Shown in pieces: positions 45,447 to 56,171 of a DNA stretch of 64,000 nucleotides. A model generated the notes under the pieces. The model worked only from the letters and a program-made list of their open reading frames with translations, had not been told where the DNA came from and made no database searches. This DNA is from an uncultured Acidobacteriota bacterium (lineage in GTDB: Bacteria; Acidobacteriota; Thermoanaerobaculia; Multivoradales; UBA5704). Position numbers and translations under genes: made by a program. Location: contig CAVYRF010000002.1 of NCBI GenBank assembly GCA_963770895.1, positions 96,001-160,000 of the forward strand, read 5' to 3'. Every line of letters begins with the position of its first letter. The stretch's first letter is position 1.

Positions 45447-47622
45447 GCCACAGGCCGGCGCGGAGACGCCGGCGGCCCCGGTCCCGAGCAGGCGGGAGGG
45501 CGCCAGGCCTGGCGCCGGTCGGGGCGCCGCGCCGGACGCCGTCGCCGCCGCCCTCCTCTACCTGGGCGCCACCGCCTGGTACCTGCGGCCGATCTGGCGG
45601 GTGTTCGCGACCGACATCGCGCCCGACCCCTACGATCCGGTGTTCGTCCTCTACCTGATGAAGTGGGGCGTCCGCCAGCTGCGCGCCGGCCTGCCCAACT
45701 TCTGGGACGCGCCGTTCTTCTTTCCCACCCCGCACGTCGTCGCCCTCTCCGATCACGTGTTCGGCGCCGGCGTGTTCGCCGCCGCGATGTCGGTGCTGAC
45801 GCCGAACCCGCTGGTCGCCTACAACACCCTGCTGCTGAGCTGCTTTGCCGCCAGCGGCCTGGCGGTGTGGTGGGTGCTGCGCCGCACCGGCGTCGCCTTC
45901 CTGCCCGCCCTTGCCGGCGGCCTCATCTACGCCTTTTCGCCCTTCCGCTGGTCGCAGCTGTCGCACCTGCAAGTGCTGCTGGCGGCGTTCATCCCGCTCG
46001 TCCTGTGGACCTGGTACCGCCTGCTCGCCGCGCCCACCTGGCGGCGCGCCGCCGCCTTCCTCGGCTGCTACCTGGTCCACCTGTCAGGCGGCCTCTACCT
46101 GGCCTACATGATCCACGTCGCCCTGGCCGCCCTGGCCGCCAACCGCCTGCTGTGGCCGCCGCGCCGCACGGCGGCGGCGCCCGGCGACAGCCCGGGCGAC
46201 GCCAGCGGCGGCGCTTCCACCCCCCCGGCGCTGCCGCTGTGGCGCCAGGCCTTGATCCTGGCGACGGTCGCCGTGGTCGCCGGCGGGGCCCTGGTCACCC
46301 TGTTCCGGCCCTACCGGCAGATCTCCCGCGTGATCGACATGGTGTGGTCCGCCGACGTGTTGCGCGTGTGGGGCACGACGGTCCTGTCGTTTCTCACCCC
46401 GTCGCCCACCAGCCGCTACTCCAGCTGGTGGCCGCTGGCGCTCTACCGCTCCGAAAATTCGCTGTTCGCCGGCTTCCTGCCCAGCGTGCTGGCGGCGGCC
46501 GGCCTGATCTGGACCTGGCGCCGGCTGCGGCCGCGGCACCGCCGCGCTCCTGGCGCTCCCACCCCAGGCGTCCCGCCGCCGCTCTGGGCGCGCGTCGCCC
46601 TGGCGGCGCTCCTGGGCGCCGGCATCGCCGGCTTTCTGCTGGGCGAGATCTACACCTGGGGGCGCGACGTGCCACAGCTCGCGGGGGTTGTGCCGGGGGA
46701 CGGCTACCCGTTGGCGTGGCGCCTGTGCGCTGCCGGCATCGCCGGCTGGCTGCTGCTCTATCGGCGGGTCCACGGTGCCTGGCCGATCATGCTGCGCCCC
46801 CTGGAGCCCTGGCAGCGCGGCCTGCTGCTGGCCGGCGCCGCCTGCACCGCGCTGTCGTTTCCCATGGTGTTCAACGCCGCGCGGGCGGTGCTGCCGGGCC
46901 TTGCCGCCATGCGGGTGCCTTCGCGCTTCTATGCTTTCATCTCGCTCGCCCTTGCCGATGTCGCCGCCCGCCAGCTCGAGCGCTGGCTGGACGCGGCGCG
47001 ATGTTGGCAGAGGGGGCGCATCAGGCGCATGGGACATGTGGGACGCCGGTGGCGCCTGCTGCCGGCGACACTCGGGGGGCTGGCGGTGGCGTTGCTGCTG
47101 ATCGAGCTGGCACCGCGGCCGGTTGCCTGGGAGGAGCTGCCGGCGGAGAAGGACTTCGACCCGGTCTATCACTGGCTGCGCGACCAACCGTCGGTCCAGG
47201 CCCTGCTGGAGCTGCCGCTCGCCGACACCGACCTGCGCATCCCGGAGCTGGTCAACGTCTCCTATCTGTACTACGGCACCCTGCACTGGAAACCGCTGGT
47301 CAACGGCTACAGCGCCCACTGGCCCGGCGACCACGCGCAGCTCAGCCTGGAGTGCTGCTCGCCGGTGCCCGACGGCGATTGGCTGGAGCGCCTGCGCAGC
47401 TGGGGCGTCACCCACCTGCTGGTCCACCGCGACGATCTCTCGCCCTGGGAGCAGCGTGCCCTGGACGCGTGGGAAACCACCGGCGTCGCACAACGCGTCT
47501 ACGCCGACGCCGGCGGCGACCGCGTCTATCGCCTGCTGCCGGCGCCAACGCCAACGACGCCGGCACCACAGGCCATCCGGCCGGCGCCCATCCGCCCCGC
47601 GCCGCGCGCGGCCGTCCGCTAA
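45439..47622 (+). CDS. Multi-TM membrane protein, GT-C/YfhO-like
   Basis: DP...WDAPFFFP, YAFSPFR, MRVPSRF, LVNGYS motifs. GTG start at 45439. Confidence 0.8.
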   Translation: MTEPQAGAETPAAPVPSRREGARPGAGRGAAPDAVAAALLYLGATAWYLRPIWRVFATDIAPDPYDPVFVLYLMKWGVRQLRAGLPNFWDAPFFFPTPHVVALSDHVFGAGVFAAAMSVLTPNPLVAYNTLLLSCFAASGLAVWWVLRRTGVAFLPALAGGLIYAFSPFRWSQLSHLQVLLAAFIPLVLWTWYRLLAAPTWRRAAAFLGCYLVHLSGGLYLAYMIHVALAALAANRLLWPPRRTAAAPGDSPGDASGGASTPPALPLWRQALILATVAVVAGGALVTLFRPYRQISRVIDMVWSADVLRVWGTTVLSFLTPSPTSRYSSWWPLALYRSENSLFAGFLPSVLAAAGLIWTWRRLRPRHRRAPGAPTPGVPPPLWARVALAALLGAGIAGFLLGEIYTWGRDVPQLAGVVPGDGYPLAWRLCAAGIAGWLLLYRRVHGAWPIMLRPLEPWQRGLLLAGAACTALSFPMVFNAARAVLPGLAAMRVPSRFYAFISLALADVAARQLERWLDAARCWQRGRIRRMGHVGRRWRLLPATLGGLAVALLLIELAPRPVAWEELPAEKDFDPVYHWLRDQPSVQALLELPLADTDLRIPELVNVSYLYYGTLHWKPLVNGYSAHWPGDHAQLSLECCSPVPDGDWLERLRSWGVTHLLVHRDDLSPWEQRALDAWETTGVAQRVYADAGGDRVYRLLPAPTPTTPAPQAIRPAPIRPAPRAAVR

Positions 47623-47634
47623 GATGCCTGCCCT

Positions 47635-48787
47635 ATGGAGCGCCGGGTGGCCATCGATCTACGCGCGCTGGTGCCGCCGCCGACCGGGATCGGCGTCTAC
47701 ACCCGCTCGCTCGCGTTGGCCATGGCGCGGCGCGGCAGCGGTTTTCGCTACCTGGGGATGGCCCACCAGCCGCCGCGGGGCGCCGACGAGCTGGCCGCCG
47801 CCGGCATCGCGGTCGAACACCAGCCGGCGCCGCTCGGCGTCCTGTGGCAGCAGCTGGTCCTGCCGCGGCGGCTGCGGCGCGGCGACGTCGACCTGCTCTG
47901 GTCGCCGTTGATCACCATGCCCCTGGCCTGTCCGGTCCCCGCCGTGATCACCGTCCACGACCTGACGGTGCTGCTCATGCCCGAAGCCCATCGCGCCAAG
48001 GTGCGCATGAGCATCCTGCCGTTCTTGCGCCCGTCGCTGGCCGCGGCGCGCCGCCTGGTCACCATTTCGCGCGCCACCGCCGACGACCTGGCGGAGCACT
48101 TCCCCGCCACGACGGAAAAGACCGAGGTGGTCTACCCCGGCGTCGACGCCGAGTTCGTGCCCGCGCCCGCGGCAGACGTCGCCGCCACGCGCGCCCAGCT
48201 GGGAGCGCCCGATGGCTACCTGCTCTACGCCGGCACGCTCGAACCGCGCAAAAACCTCGGCGCCCTGCTCGACGCCTGGGAAGCGCTGGCGGCCGACGAC
48301 CCGCGCTTTCCGCCGCTGGTCCTGGCCGGCCCCTACGGTTGGGGCAGCCGCGCCCTGGTGCGGCGCATTGCGGCCATGGCGGCGCGGACCGCCGGCGGCG
48401 GCACCGCCGCGGCGGCCGCCCCCCGCCTGATCGCCCTCGGCCGTCTCGAACGCGCGCACCTGGTGCGCGTCGTCCAGGCGGCCAGCCTGTTCGTCTATCC
48501 TTCGCTCTACGAGGGGTTCGGTCTGCCCCCCGCCGAAGCGATCGCCTGCGGCGTGCCGGCCGTGGCGCTCGCCACCTCCAGCCTGCCCGAGGTGGTGGGC
48601 GACGCCGGCGTGCTGGTCGAACCGGGCGACACGGCGGCGCTCGCCGCGGCACTGGCGCGCCTGGTGGCCGATCCCGTCCATGCCGCCGACCTGGCCGCCC
48701 GCGCCCTGGCGCGCCGCGACCGCTTCCGCTGGGAGCCCACGGCGGCGGCGATGGAAGACATTCTGGAGCGCCGCGGCCGACTCCTGA
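47635..48787 (+). CDS. Glycosyltransferase family 4 (natural stop probably TGA 48785-48787, out of frame in this assembly)
   Basis: TGIGVY, TVHDL, AGTLEPRKN, EGFGLPPAEA. GT homology ends at about 48770. Confidence 0.85.
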
Positions 48788-48838
48788 ACCGGGTCGATTT
48801 CCGCTCCCGGCGCAACTACAATCAACGTCATCGCTTCC

Positions 48839-50173
48839 GTGACCGTAAAAACCTACAAAGTCGGCCTCGACGCCCGCAAGCTGCAAGACTTCGGGATCGG
48901 CACCTACATCCGGAACCTGGTGCGATCGCTCGCCGCGGCCACCACGCCGGCGGCAGGTGCGCAGGCGCCGCAGGAGCCGGCCGCGCCCATCCCGAGCGCG
49001 GCGGCGGCAGAGGCCGTAACGACCGCGCCCGCCGCCGCCCCGCGAAAAACCGATGCCGCCCGCCCCAACATGCCGCTGCGCTTCGTCCTGCTGGTGCGGC
49101 CCGAAGATCGCGAGCAGCTGGCGGACCTGCCCGCCAACTTCGAGCTGGTGGTCGAGAGCGCGCCGGTCTACTCGCTGCACGAGCAGGCGACGCTGTCGTG
49201 GAAGCTGTGGCGCCAGCGCCTGGACCTGTATCACGCCACGCACTACGTGCTGCCGGCGGTGCTCTCGTCGCGCGTCGTGGTCACCATCCACGACATCATC
49301 CACCTGCTCTATCCCGAGTTCCTCCCCAGCCGCCTCGCCTTCCTGTATGCGCGCGGCATGATCAATCGCAGCCTGACGCGCGGCGACCGCGTGATCGCGG
49401 TGTCGCAGAACACCCGCGCCGACCTGATGGAGCACTTCGCCGTCGACGGCGCCAAGATCGAGGTGATCTACAACGGCGTCGAAGACATCTTCCGGCAGCG
49501 CCTGCCCGAAGACGAGATCGCGCGCTGGCTGGGCCACCTGGGGATCACCCGCCCCTACCTGCTGTTCGTCGGCAATCCCAAGCCGCACAAGAACCTCGAC
49601 ACCGTGGTGCAGGCCTACGCCCGCGCCCGCAGCCAGGGCGGCTTCGACGCGCCGCTGATCTGCGTCGGCAACCGGTCCGGTTCGGAATTCAAGATCCGCC
49701 AGCGCGCCGAGCACCTGGGCATCGGCCAGCACGTGCGCCTGCTCGGCCACGTCGCGCAGGAGGCGCTGCCGGCGATCTATCAGGGCGCCACGCTGTTTCT
49801 CTACCCGACGCTCTACGAAGGCTTCGGCCTGCCGGTCATCGAGGCGATGGCCTCCGGCGTCGCGGTGATCACCTCCAACACTTCGGCGCTGCGCGAGATC
49901 GCGCAGAGCTACGCCTACCTGGTCGATCCGCTCGACATCCCGGCGATGGCCAAGGCGATCGCCCAGTGCATGTCCGACCCCGAGCATCGCGCCGCGCTGG
50001 CGCGCCTGGGTCACCGCCGCAGCGAAGATTTTCGCTGGGACGCCACAGCCCGCCAGACCCTCGCCGTCTATCGCTCCGTCCTCGGCGGCGGCGCCGGCAC
50101 CGCAAGCGCCGCTGCCGGCACGGCGACTTCGTCCGCACCACCCGTGCCACCAGCGAGCGGGAGAGCGAGTTGA
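48839..50173 (+). CDS. Glycosyltransferase family 4
   Basis: GIGTYIRNL, TIHDIIH, VGNPKPHKN, EGFGLPVIEAMA. Confidence 0.93.
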   Translation: MTVKTYKVGLDARKLQDFGIGTYIRNLVRSLAAATTPAAGAQAPQEPAAPIPSAAAAEAVTTAPAAAPRKTDAARPNMPLRFVLLVRPEDREQLADLPANFELVVESAPVYSLHEQATLSWKLWRQRLDLYHATHYVLPAVLSSRVVVTIHDIIHLLYPEFLPSRLAFLYARGMINRSLTRGDRVIAVSQNTRADLMEHFAVDGAKIEVIYNGVEDIFRQRLPEDEIARWLGHLGITRPYLLFVGNPKPHKNLDTVVQAYARARSQGGFDAPLICVGNRSGSEFKIRQRAEHLGIGQHVRLLGHVAQEALPAIYQGATLFLYPTLYEGFGLPVIEAMASGVAVITSNTSALREIAQSYAYLVDPLDIPAMAKAIAQCMSDPEHRAALARLGHRRSEDFRWDATARQTLAVYRSVLGGGAGTASAAAGTATSSAPPVPPASGRAS

Positions 50174-51405
50174 GCGAGCCGCGGGTGGCGCTGGTGCACG
50201 ACTGGTTGACCGGCATGCGTGGCGGCGAAAAGGTTCTGGAACAGATCGCGGCGCTCTATCCGCGGGCACCGATCTACACGCTGTTCCACTTTCCCGGCAG
50301 CGTCAGCGCCGCCATCGAAAGCCACCCCATCCGCACCAGCTTCCTGCAGCGGGCGCCCGGCATCCGCCGCGGCTACCGGCGCTACCTGCCGCTCTTCCCG
50401 GCGGCGATCGAGGACTTCGATCTGTCGGCGTTCGACCTGGTGATCTCCTCCAGCCACTGCGTGGCAAAAGGGATCGTGCCGCCGCCGGGCGGCTATCACC
50501 TGTGCTACTGCCACAGCCCGATGCGCTATGCGTGGGACCAGCAGCACGCCTACTTCCCGCGCCGGCGCGGCGCCGTCGCGCGGCTGCGCGGCCTGGCGCT
50601 GTCGGCGCTGCGCGCGTGGGACGCCGCCGCGTCCGCACGCGTCGATCGCTTCGTCGCCAACTCCAGCTTCGTCGCCGCACGCATCCGCAGCTTCTACGGC
50701 CGCCATGCCGACGTGCTGCACCCGCCGGTGGCGATCGATTACTACACCCCCGGCCCGCCGCGCGGCGGCGACGTCGCGCACGCGGGCGAGCGCGGCGCCT
50801 ATGCCCTCATGGTTGCGGCGCTCGCGCCCTACAAGCGCGTCGACGTCGCCATCGCCGCCTGCCGCCGCGCCGGCATCGAGCTGCGCATCGCCGGCGACGG
50901 CCCCGAGCGCGATCGCCTGGAGCGCCTGGCCGGCGGGCACGCGCGCCTGCTCGGCCGGGTCGACGATCAGGAGCTGCTGCAGCTGTATCGCGGCGCGCGC
51001 TTCTTCCTGCAACCGGGGGTCGAGGACTTCGGCATCGGCGCCGTGGAAGCGCTGGCCTGCGGCACGCCGGTGGTGGCGGCCGGGCGCGGCGGCATCGTCG
51101 ACATCGTCGAAGACGGGCGCCACGGCGTCCTGTACGACGACCGCCTGGACGGCGACGGCGACGGCGGCGACACTGGCGACGCTGCCGACAGTGGCGATGC
51201 CAGCGGCTCTGGCGACAGGGCCGGCGGCCGTGGCGCAGACCAGGCGGCGGTAGCCGCAACCGCGGCGGCGATTGACAAAGCGCTGCGGATCAGCTTCAAT
51301 CCATTGAACCTGCGCCAACGGGCGGAGTCGTTTACCGCCAAAGCGTTTACCGAAAGATTCCAAGATCTGTTGTTGAATCGACCCCCGAGGGAAAACCTCC
51401 GTTGA
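50170..51405 (+). CDS. Glycosyltransferase family 4
   Basis: VALVHDWLTGMRGGEKV, YCHSPMRYAW, EDFGIGAVEA. TTG start overlapping the upstream TGA. Confidence 0.92.
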   Translation: MSEPRVALVHDWLTGMRGGEKVLEQIAALYPRAPIYTLFHFPGSVSAAIESHPIRTSFLQRAPGIRRGYRRYLPLFPAAIEDFDLSAFDLVISSSHCVAKGIVPPPGGYHLCYCHSPMRYAWDQQHAYFPRRRGAVARLRGLALSALRAWDAAASARVDRFVANSSFVAARIRSFYGRHADVLHPPVAIDYYTPGPPRGGDVAHAGERGAYALMVAALAPYKRVDVAIAACRRAGIELRIAGDGPERDRLERLAGGHARLLGRVDDQELLQLYRGARFFLQPGVEDFGIGAVEALACGTPVVAAGRGGIVDIVEDGRHGVLYDDRLDGDGDGGDTGDAADSGDASGSGDRAGGRGADQAAVAATAAAIDKALRISFNPLNLRQRAESFTAKAFTERFQDLLLNRPPRENLR

Positions 51406-52829
51406 TCCGGCAACGCCATCGCATCACCTCCAGCGTCTATCTGGCTTCCGACCTGGCCGCCACCCTGGCGGCCTTCGCGGCGGCCTGGCTGCTGCGTTTC
51501 CAGCTGGCGATCATCCCGCTCACCAAGGCGGTTCCCGATTTCCAGCCCTACCTCTACCTGCTGCCCTTCGTGGTGGTGCTCTGGCCGCTGGTGTTCTACT
51601 TCCACGGCCTCTACCAGAGCCGCCGCGGGCGCAGCCGCGTCGACGAAGTGCTCACCATCCTGCTGGCGGTGGTGCTCGCCACGGTCCTGCTGTCGGTGGT
51701 CATCGCCTGGTACCGGCCGCCGGCGTCGCCGGGCAGCCACGAATACTTCACCTACAGCCGCGCCTTCCTGGCGCTGTTCGCGCTGGTCGACCTGCTGTTC
51801 GTCGCCGGCACCCGCATGCTGGCGCGCTGGGGGATGCGGCGCGTACGCCTGTCCGGCCACAACGTGCAGCGCATCCTGGTGGTCGGCGCCGGCGCTCTCG
51901 GCCGCGAGATCACGCAGAAAATTCTCGCCCATCGCGAGATGGGTTTCGAAGTGGTGGGCTTCCTGGACGACGATCCCGGCAAGGCCGGAACGACCGTCGC
52001 GGGCGTGCCGGTCGTCGGCACGCTGCGCCAGGCCGAAGAGGTGCTGACGGCGCGCAGCATCGACCAGGTGTTCCTGGCGCTGCCGGTCGAGGCGCACAAA
52101 AAGATGCTGCAGCTCATGGAGCTGATGGCGCGCGAATGCGTCGAGATCAAGCTGGTCCCCGACATCCTGCAGTTCGCGACGCTCAACGCGGCGGTGGAAG
52201 ATCTCGACGGCACTCCCGTCATCAACCTCTCGCAGGTGCCGCTGCAAGGTTGGAACAGCCTGGTCAAGCGCGGCATGGACCTGGTGATCGGCGCGGTGGC
52301 GCTGCTGCCGCTGCTGCCGGTGCTGCCGCTGGTGGCGCTGGCCATCTGGCTGGAAGATCGCGGCCCCATCTTCTACCGCCAGGAGCGCATGGGCCTGGAC
52401 GGCAAGCCCTTCATGATTCTCAAATTCCGCTCCATGCGGGTCGACGCCGAAGCCACCAGCGGACCGGTGTGGGCGATCAAGGACGATCCTCGCCGCACGC
52501 GCGTCGGCGGCTTCCTGCGCCGCTGGTCGCTCGACGAGCTGCCGCAGATCTGGAACGTGCTGACCGGCGACATGTCGATCGTCGGACCGCGGCCCGAACG
52601 CCCCACCTTCGTGCGCGAGTTCAAACACAAGATCCCGCGCTACATGCTGCGCCACCGCGTGAAGTCGGGCATCACCGGTTGGGCGCAGGTGCACGGCTGG
52701 CGCGGCAACACCTCGATCAAGAAGCGCATCCAGTACGATCTCTACTACATCCAGAACTGGTCGCTGGCGCTCGATTTCAAGATCCTCTGGATGACGCTGC
52801 GCCACGCGCTGCGCCTCAACGCCTACTGA
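51402..52829 (+). CDS. Undecaprenyl-phosphate sugar phosphotransferase (WcaJ/WbaP family)
   Basis: N-terminal TMs, CoA-binding-like domain, KFRSM, SLDELPQ, SIVGPRPE, GITGWAQV. Confidence 0.95.
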   Translation: MIRQRHRITSSVYLASDLAATLAAFAAAWLLRFQLAIIPLTKAVPDFQPYLYLLPFVVVLWPLVFYFHGLYQSRRGRSRVDEVLTILLAVVLATVLLSVVIAWYRPPASPGSHEYFTYSRAFLALFALVDLLFVAGTRMLARWGMRRVRLSGHNVQRILVVGAGALGREITQKILAHREMGFEVVGFLDDDPGKAGTTVAGVPVVGTLRQAEEVLTARSIDQVFLALPVEAHKKMLQLMELMARECVEIKLVPDILQFATLNAAVEDLDGTPVINLSQVPLQGWNSLVKRGMDLVIGAVALLPLLPVLPLVALAIWLEDRGPIFYRQERMGLDGKPFMILKFRSMRVDAEATSGPVWAIKDDPRRTRVGGFLRRWSLDELPQIWNVLTGDMSIVGPRPERPTFVREFKHKIPRYMLRHRVKSGITGWAQVHGWRGNTSIKKRIQYDLYYIQNWSLALDFKILWMTLRHALRLNAY

Positions 52830-53007
52830 CCTCGCGCCGCGCCGCCTGGTAGCGGCCAGCGATCGCGGTCTCGTCGCGCGCTCCCACGAGGCACGCGCAA
52901 ATCCTTACAGGATGGGCATTTTTTCGCCGCGCCGCGACGGCGCCGCAGGTGCGTCGCGCACCGCGCCGGGCGACGACGTGGACCGCTGCACAACCGGCTG
53001 GTCACCG

Positions 53008-53064
53008 GCACTAAGGATAGAGGTCCAAAAATTCTTGACACCCAACATGTTGTGGGCGTACGCT
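53008..53064 (+). promoter_or_regulatory. Promoter (TTGACA-18-TACGCT) overlapped by two NrdR-box-like sites 32 bp apart
   Basis: gcactaaggatagagg (53008) and acccaacatgttgtgg (53040) compared with consensus acaCwAtATaTwGtgt. Confidence 0.5.
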
Positions 53065-53116
53065 ACCTTGCAAATCTTGGCCCAGCAGTTTGGGCATCTT
53101 TAGAAAGGAGACTTGA

Positions 53117-53359
53117 ATGCCAGTGAAGAGTGCGACCACGAAGGCGGCGGCGAAGACCGCGAAGCCGAAGGTGGCCAAAAAGACCGTTGCCGCAAAGAAG
53201 GCTGCTCCGAAGTCCTCCGCTGCCAAGAAGACCACCAAGGCGGCTCCCAAGAAGACCACCGCTGCCAAGGTGGTGAAGGCGGCCGCTCCCGCCAAGAAGG
53301 CTCCGGCGAAGAAGGCGGCGCCGGCGAAGTCCGCAGCCGCCAAGAAGTCGGCGAAGTAA
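53117..53359 (+). CDS. Histone H1-like Lys/Ala-rich nucleoid protein (80 aa)
   Basis: SD aaggag, PAKK/AAKK repeats, no acidic residues. Confidence 0.88.
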   Translation: MPVKSATTKAAAKTAKPKVAKKTVAAKKAAPKSSAAKKTTKAAPKKTTAAKVVKAAAPAKKAPAKKAAPAKSAAAKKSAK

Positions 53360-53370
53360 AAGGGCTGATC

Positions 53371-53396
53371 CTCACCCGGTGCTCATCCCGGGTGAG
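53371..53396 (+). terminator. Hairpin after the H1-like gene
   Basis: Stem ctcacccgg / ccgggtgag. Confidence 0.55.
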
Positions 53397-53662
53397 ATCG
53401 AGATCCCGCGGCTCTTTGTCAGGCGACGTTCTGGACTTTTCTGGGCACCATCTTTTCTGCCTTCGTTCCCAGTGCATTCATCCCAGCGTCGCCTTCACAC
53501 ACCCTCTCCCCCGGCTCGCCGCGCCGACCTCACCGCCGTCAAAAGCAGTCCCCGCAGCGGTTTTCTTGACCCCTTCCAATTTGCTCCAGCGCCTTGCCAC
53601 CTGCGCCGGATGCCCCGCGCCAGCGGCCCGCGCGCCGCTTGCCGCACGCGGACGGCGGCGCC

Positions 53663-54568
53663 TCAGACCGTCGTGCGCAGCCGCGAAGCGGCGGCCCTGT
53701 CGAGCAGCCAGATGAGCTTGCCCGCGACCGGCGCCACCACCTGCGCCGGATAGACCGCCGGCTGGCGCTCGCCTTCGAGCACCGCGGCAACCGCCGCCGC
53801 CTTGGCTTCGCCGCTCACCACGAACATCACCACCGCCGCGTGGTTGAGCACCGGCGGCGTCACCGTGATGCGGAACGTGTTCTGCGCCGCGACCCACGGC
53901 GCCGCCGTCAGGCGCCGGCGCTCGTCGAGCGCCGGACTGCCCGGAAACAGCGATGCCGTATGGCCTTCCTCGCCCAGGCCGAGCAGCACCAGGTCGAAGC
54001 GCGGCCAGTCCAGCTGCTCTTCGGCGGACTGCGCCGCCGACGCCGACGAGAACATCGCGCCTTCGCCGCGCACCGGACCGCTCTGCTCGCGCTCGCCTTG
54101 CAGCGCGAAATGCGCGATCAGCTCGCGCTCGTAGAGCGCCGCCGCCACCACCGCGTCGGGCTCTTCGCCGGCAATGCGATGCACCTGCGCGGCGCTCACC
54201 GGCAGCTGGTCCAGCATCGCTTCGCGCGCCATGCGGTAGTTGCTCTGCGCGTCGCCGGGCGGCACGTGCCGCTCGTCGCCCCAAAAGAAATGGATCGCGT
54301 CCCAGGCCACGCGCTGCCGGTACGGCGCTGCCGGATCGGCCAGCAGCCGGTACAGCGCTCGCGGTGTCGAACCGCCCGAAAGCAGCACCGACAGTGGCTT
54401 TGCGGCAGGTGCAGCAGCCGCCGCCGGGTCCGCCGCCGGCACCGCCGCCGCCAGCGCGGCGACGAACTGCTCCGCCGCCGCGCCCGGCAGATCGCCGGCT
54501 TCCGGCAGCACGCGCACCTGCCGGCGCAGATCCATGTCGCTCGCACTGCCGGTCACGTGTTTCTCCAT
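53663..54568 (-). CDS. pgl: 6-phosphogluconolactonase
   Basis: [36 protein letters not shown]. Confidence 0.94.
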   Translation of the reverse strand: MEKHVTGSASDMDLRRQVRVLPEAGDLPGAAAEQFVAALAAAVPAADPAAAAAPAAKPLSVLLSGGSTPRALYRLLADPAAPYRQRVAWDAIHFFWGDERHVPPGDAQSNYRMAREAMLDQLPVSAAQVHRIAGEEPDAVVAAALYERELIAHFALQGEREQSGPVRGEGAMFSSASAAQSAEEQLDWPRFDLVLLGLGEEGHTASLFPGSPALDERRRLTAAPWVAAQNTFRITVTPPVLNHAAVVMFVVSGEAKAAAVAAVLEGERQPAVYPAQVVAPVAGKLIWLLDRAAASRLRTTV

Positions 54569-56169
54569 CGATGGCCTCCGGCGCGGATCAGGTCGTCCGC
54601 CGCGGCCGGTCCCCAGCTGTTGGCGGCGTAGTTGGGAAAGGCGCGCGGCTCGAGCGCCGACCAGACGTCGAGGATCGGCATGACGATGCTCCAACCCACC
54701 TCCACCAGGTCGCTGCGCTGGAAGAGCGTCGAGTCGCCGATCATGCAGTCGTAGAGCAGCGTCTCGTAGCCGGTCTCCACCGACTTGCCGAAGTAGTCGG
54801 AGTAGTCGAAGTGCATGCGCACCTTGCCCAGCTGCATCAACGGCCCCGGCACCTTGCCCTCGAACTGCAGCGAGATGCCCTCGTTGGGCTGGATGTGCAG
54901 GACCAGCGTGTTGCGCTCCAGCTGCTCGACCGGCGTGTCGCGGAAGAGCATGAACGGCGCGCGCTTGAACTGGATCGCCACCTCGGTCACCCGCCGCGGC
55001 AAACGCTTGCCGGTGCGCAGGTAGAAGGGCACGTCCGCCCACCGCCAGTTGTCGACGAACATCTTGAGCGCGACGTAGGTCTCGACGCGCGAACCGGCGG
55101 CGACGTTCGCTTCGGCGCGATAGGCGGGCACCGGCTTGCCGTCGACGACGCCCGGACCGTACTGGCCGCGCACGGTGTCGCGCAGCACGTCTTCGGGAGC
55201 GATCGGCCGGATGGCGCGCAGGATCTTGACCCGCTCGTCGCGCACCTCGTCGGGCGCGAACGAGATCGGCGGTTCCATGGCGGTCAGCGCCAGCAGCTGG
55301 AACATGTGGTTCTGCACCATGTCGCGCAGCGCCCCCGCCTCCTCGTAGTAGCTGCCGCGCGATTCGACGCCGACGGTCTCGGCGACGGTGATCTGCACGT
55401 GATCGATGTAGCGGCGGTTCCAGATCGGTTCGAAGATGCCGTTGGCGAAGCGGAAGGCCAGGATGTTCTGCACCGTCTCCTTGCCCAGGTAGTGGTCGAT
55501 ACGGTAGATCTGCGTTTCGTCGAACACCTTGCGCACGTCGTCGTTGAGCTGGCGGGCGCTCGCCAGGTCGTGGCCGAACGGCTTCTCGATCACCAGGCGG
55601 CGCCAGGGCTGCGGCGCCGCCGGCAGGTGGGACGCCGCCGCGCTCGCGCCGGTGCCGCCGTCCTTGGCGCCGTCGCCCTCCCCTTGCTTGCCGAGCCCCG
55701 CCTTGCCCAGCTTCTGCGCCAGCGTCGCGAACTGGCTCGGCGGCACGGCGAGGTAGAACAGGTAGCAGCCGCGGGTGCCCCACTTTTCGTCGATCGCGGC
55801 CAGCTTCTCTTTGAGCTCGGCAAACGTCTTGGCGTCTTCGAGGTCGCCGTCCACGTACGAAAGCCGGCTGGTCAGCCATTTGACCCTCTCGGGCTCGACC
55901 GTGCCGGTTTCGAACTGGTGGAGGTCTTCGCTCATCTTCTTGCGGAACTGATCGTCGCTCATCTCCGTGCGGCCGACGCCGACGACGGCGAACTGGTCGG
56001 GCAGGTAGCCGGCGGACGCCAGGTTGTAGAGCGCCGGGATCAGCTTGCGCTTGGCGAGGTCGCCCGACGCGCCGAAGATCACCAGCACGCACGGCGGCGC
56101 CGGCTGTTTGCGCGGCGCCGGCGGCGACTCCTCACGCGGCTCGGGGTGCGACGGGTCTGGCGCGCTCAT
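54553..56169 (-). CDS. zwf: Glucose-6-phosphate 1-dehydrogenase
   Basis: [39 protein letters not shown]. Confidence 0.98.
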   Translation of the reverse strand: MSAPDPSHPEPREESPPAPRKQPAPPCVLVIFGASGDLAKRKLIPALYNLASAGYLPDQFAVVGVGRTEMSDDQFRKKMSEDLHQFETGTVEPERVKWLTSRLSYVDGDLEDAKTFAELKEKLAAIDEKWGTRGCYLFYLAVPPSQFATLAQKLGKAGLGKQGEGDGAKDGGTGASAAASHLPAAPQPWRRLVIEKPFGHDLASARQLNDDVRKVFDETQIYRIDHYLGKETVQNILAFRFANGIFEPIWNRRYIDHVQITVAETVGVESRGSYYEEAGALRDMVQNHMFQLLALTAMEPPISFAPDEVRDERVKILRAIRPIAPEDVLRDTVRGQYGPGVVDGKPVPAYRAEANVAAGSRVETYVALKMFVDNWRWADVPFYLRTGKRLPRRVTEVAIQFKRAPFMLFRDTPVEQLERNTLVLHIQPNEGISLQFEGKVPGPLMQLGKVRMHFDYSDYFGKSVETGYETLLYDCMIGDSTLFQRSDLVEVGWSIVMPILDVWSALEPRAFPNYAANSWGPAAADDLIRAGGHRWRNT

Positions 56170-56171
56170 CG

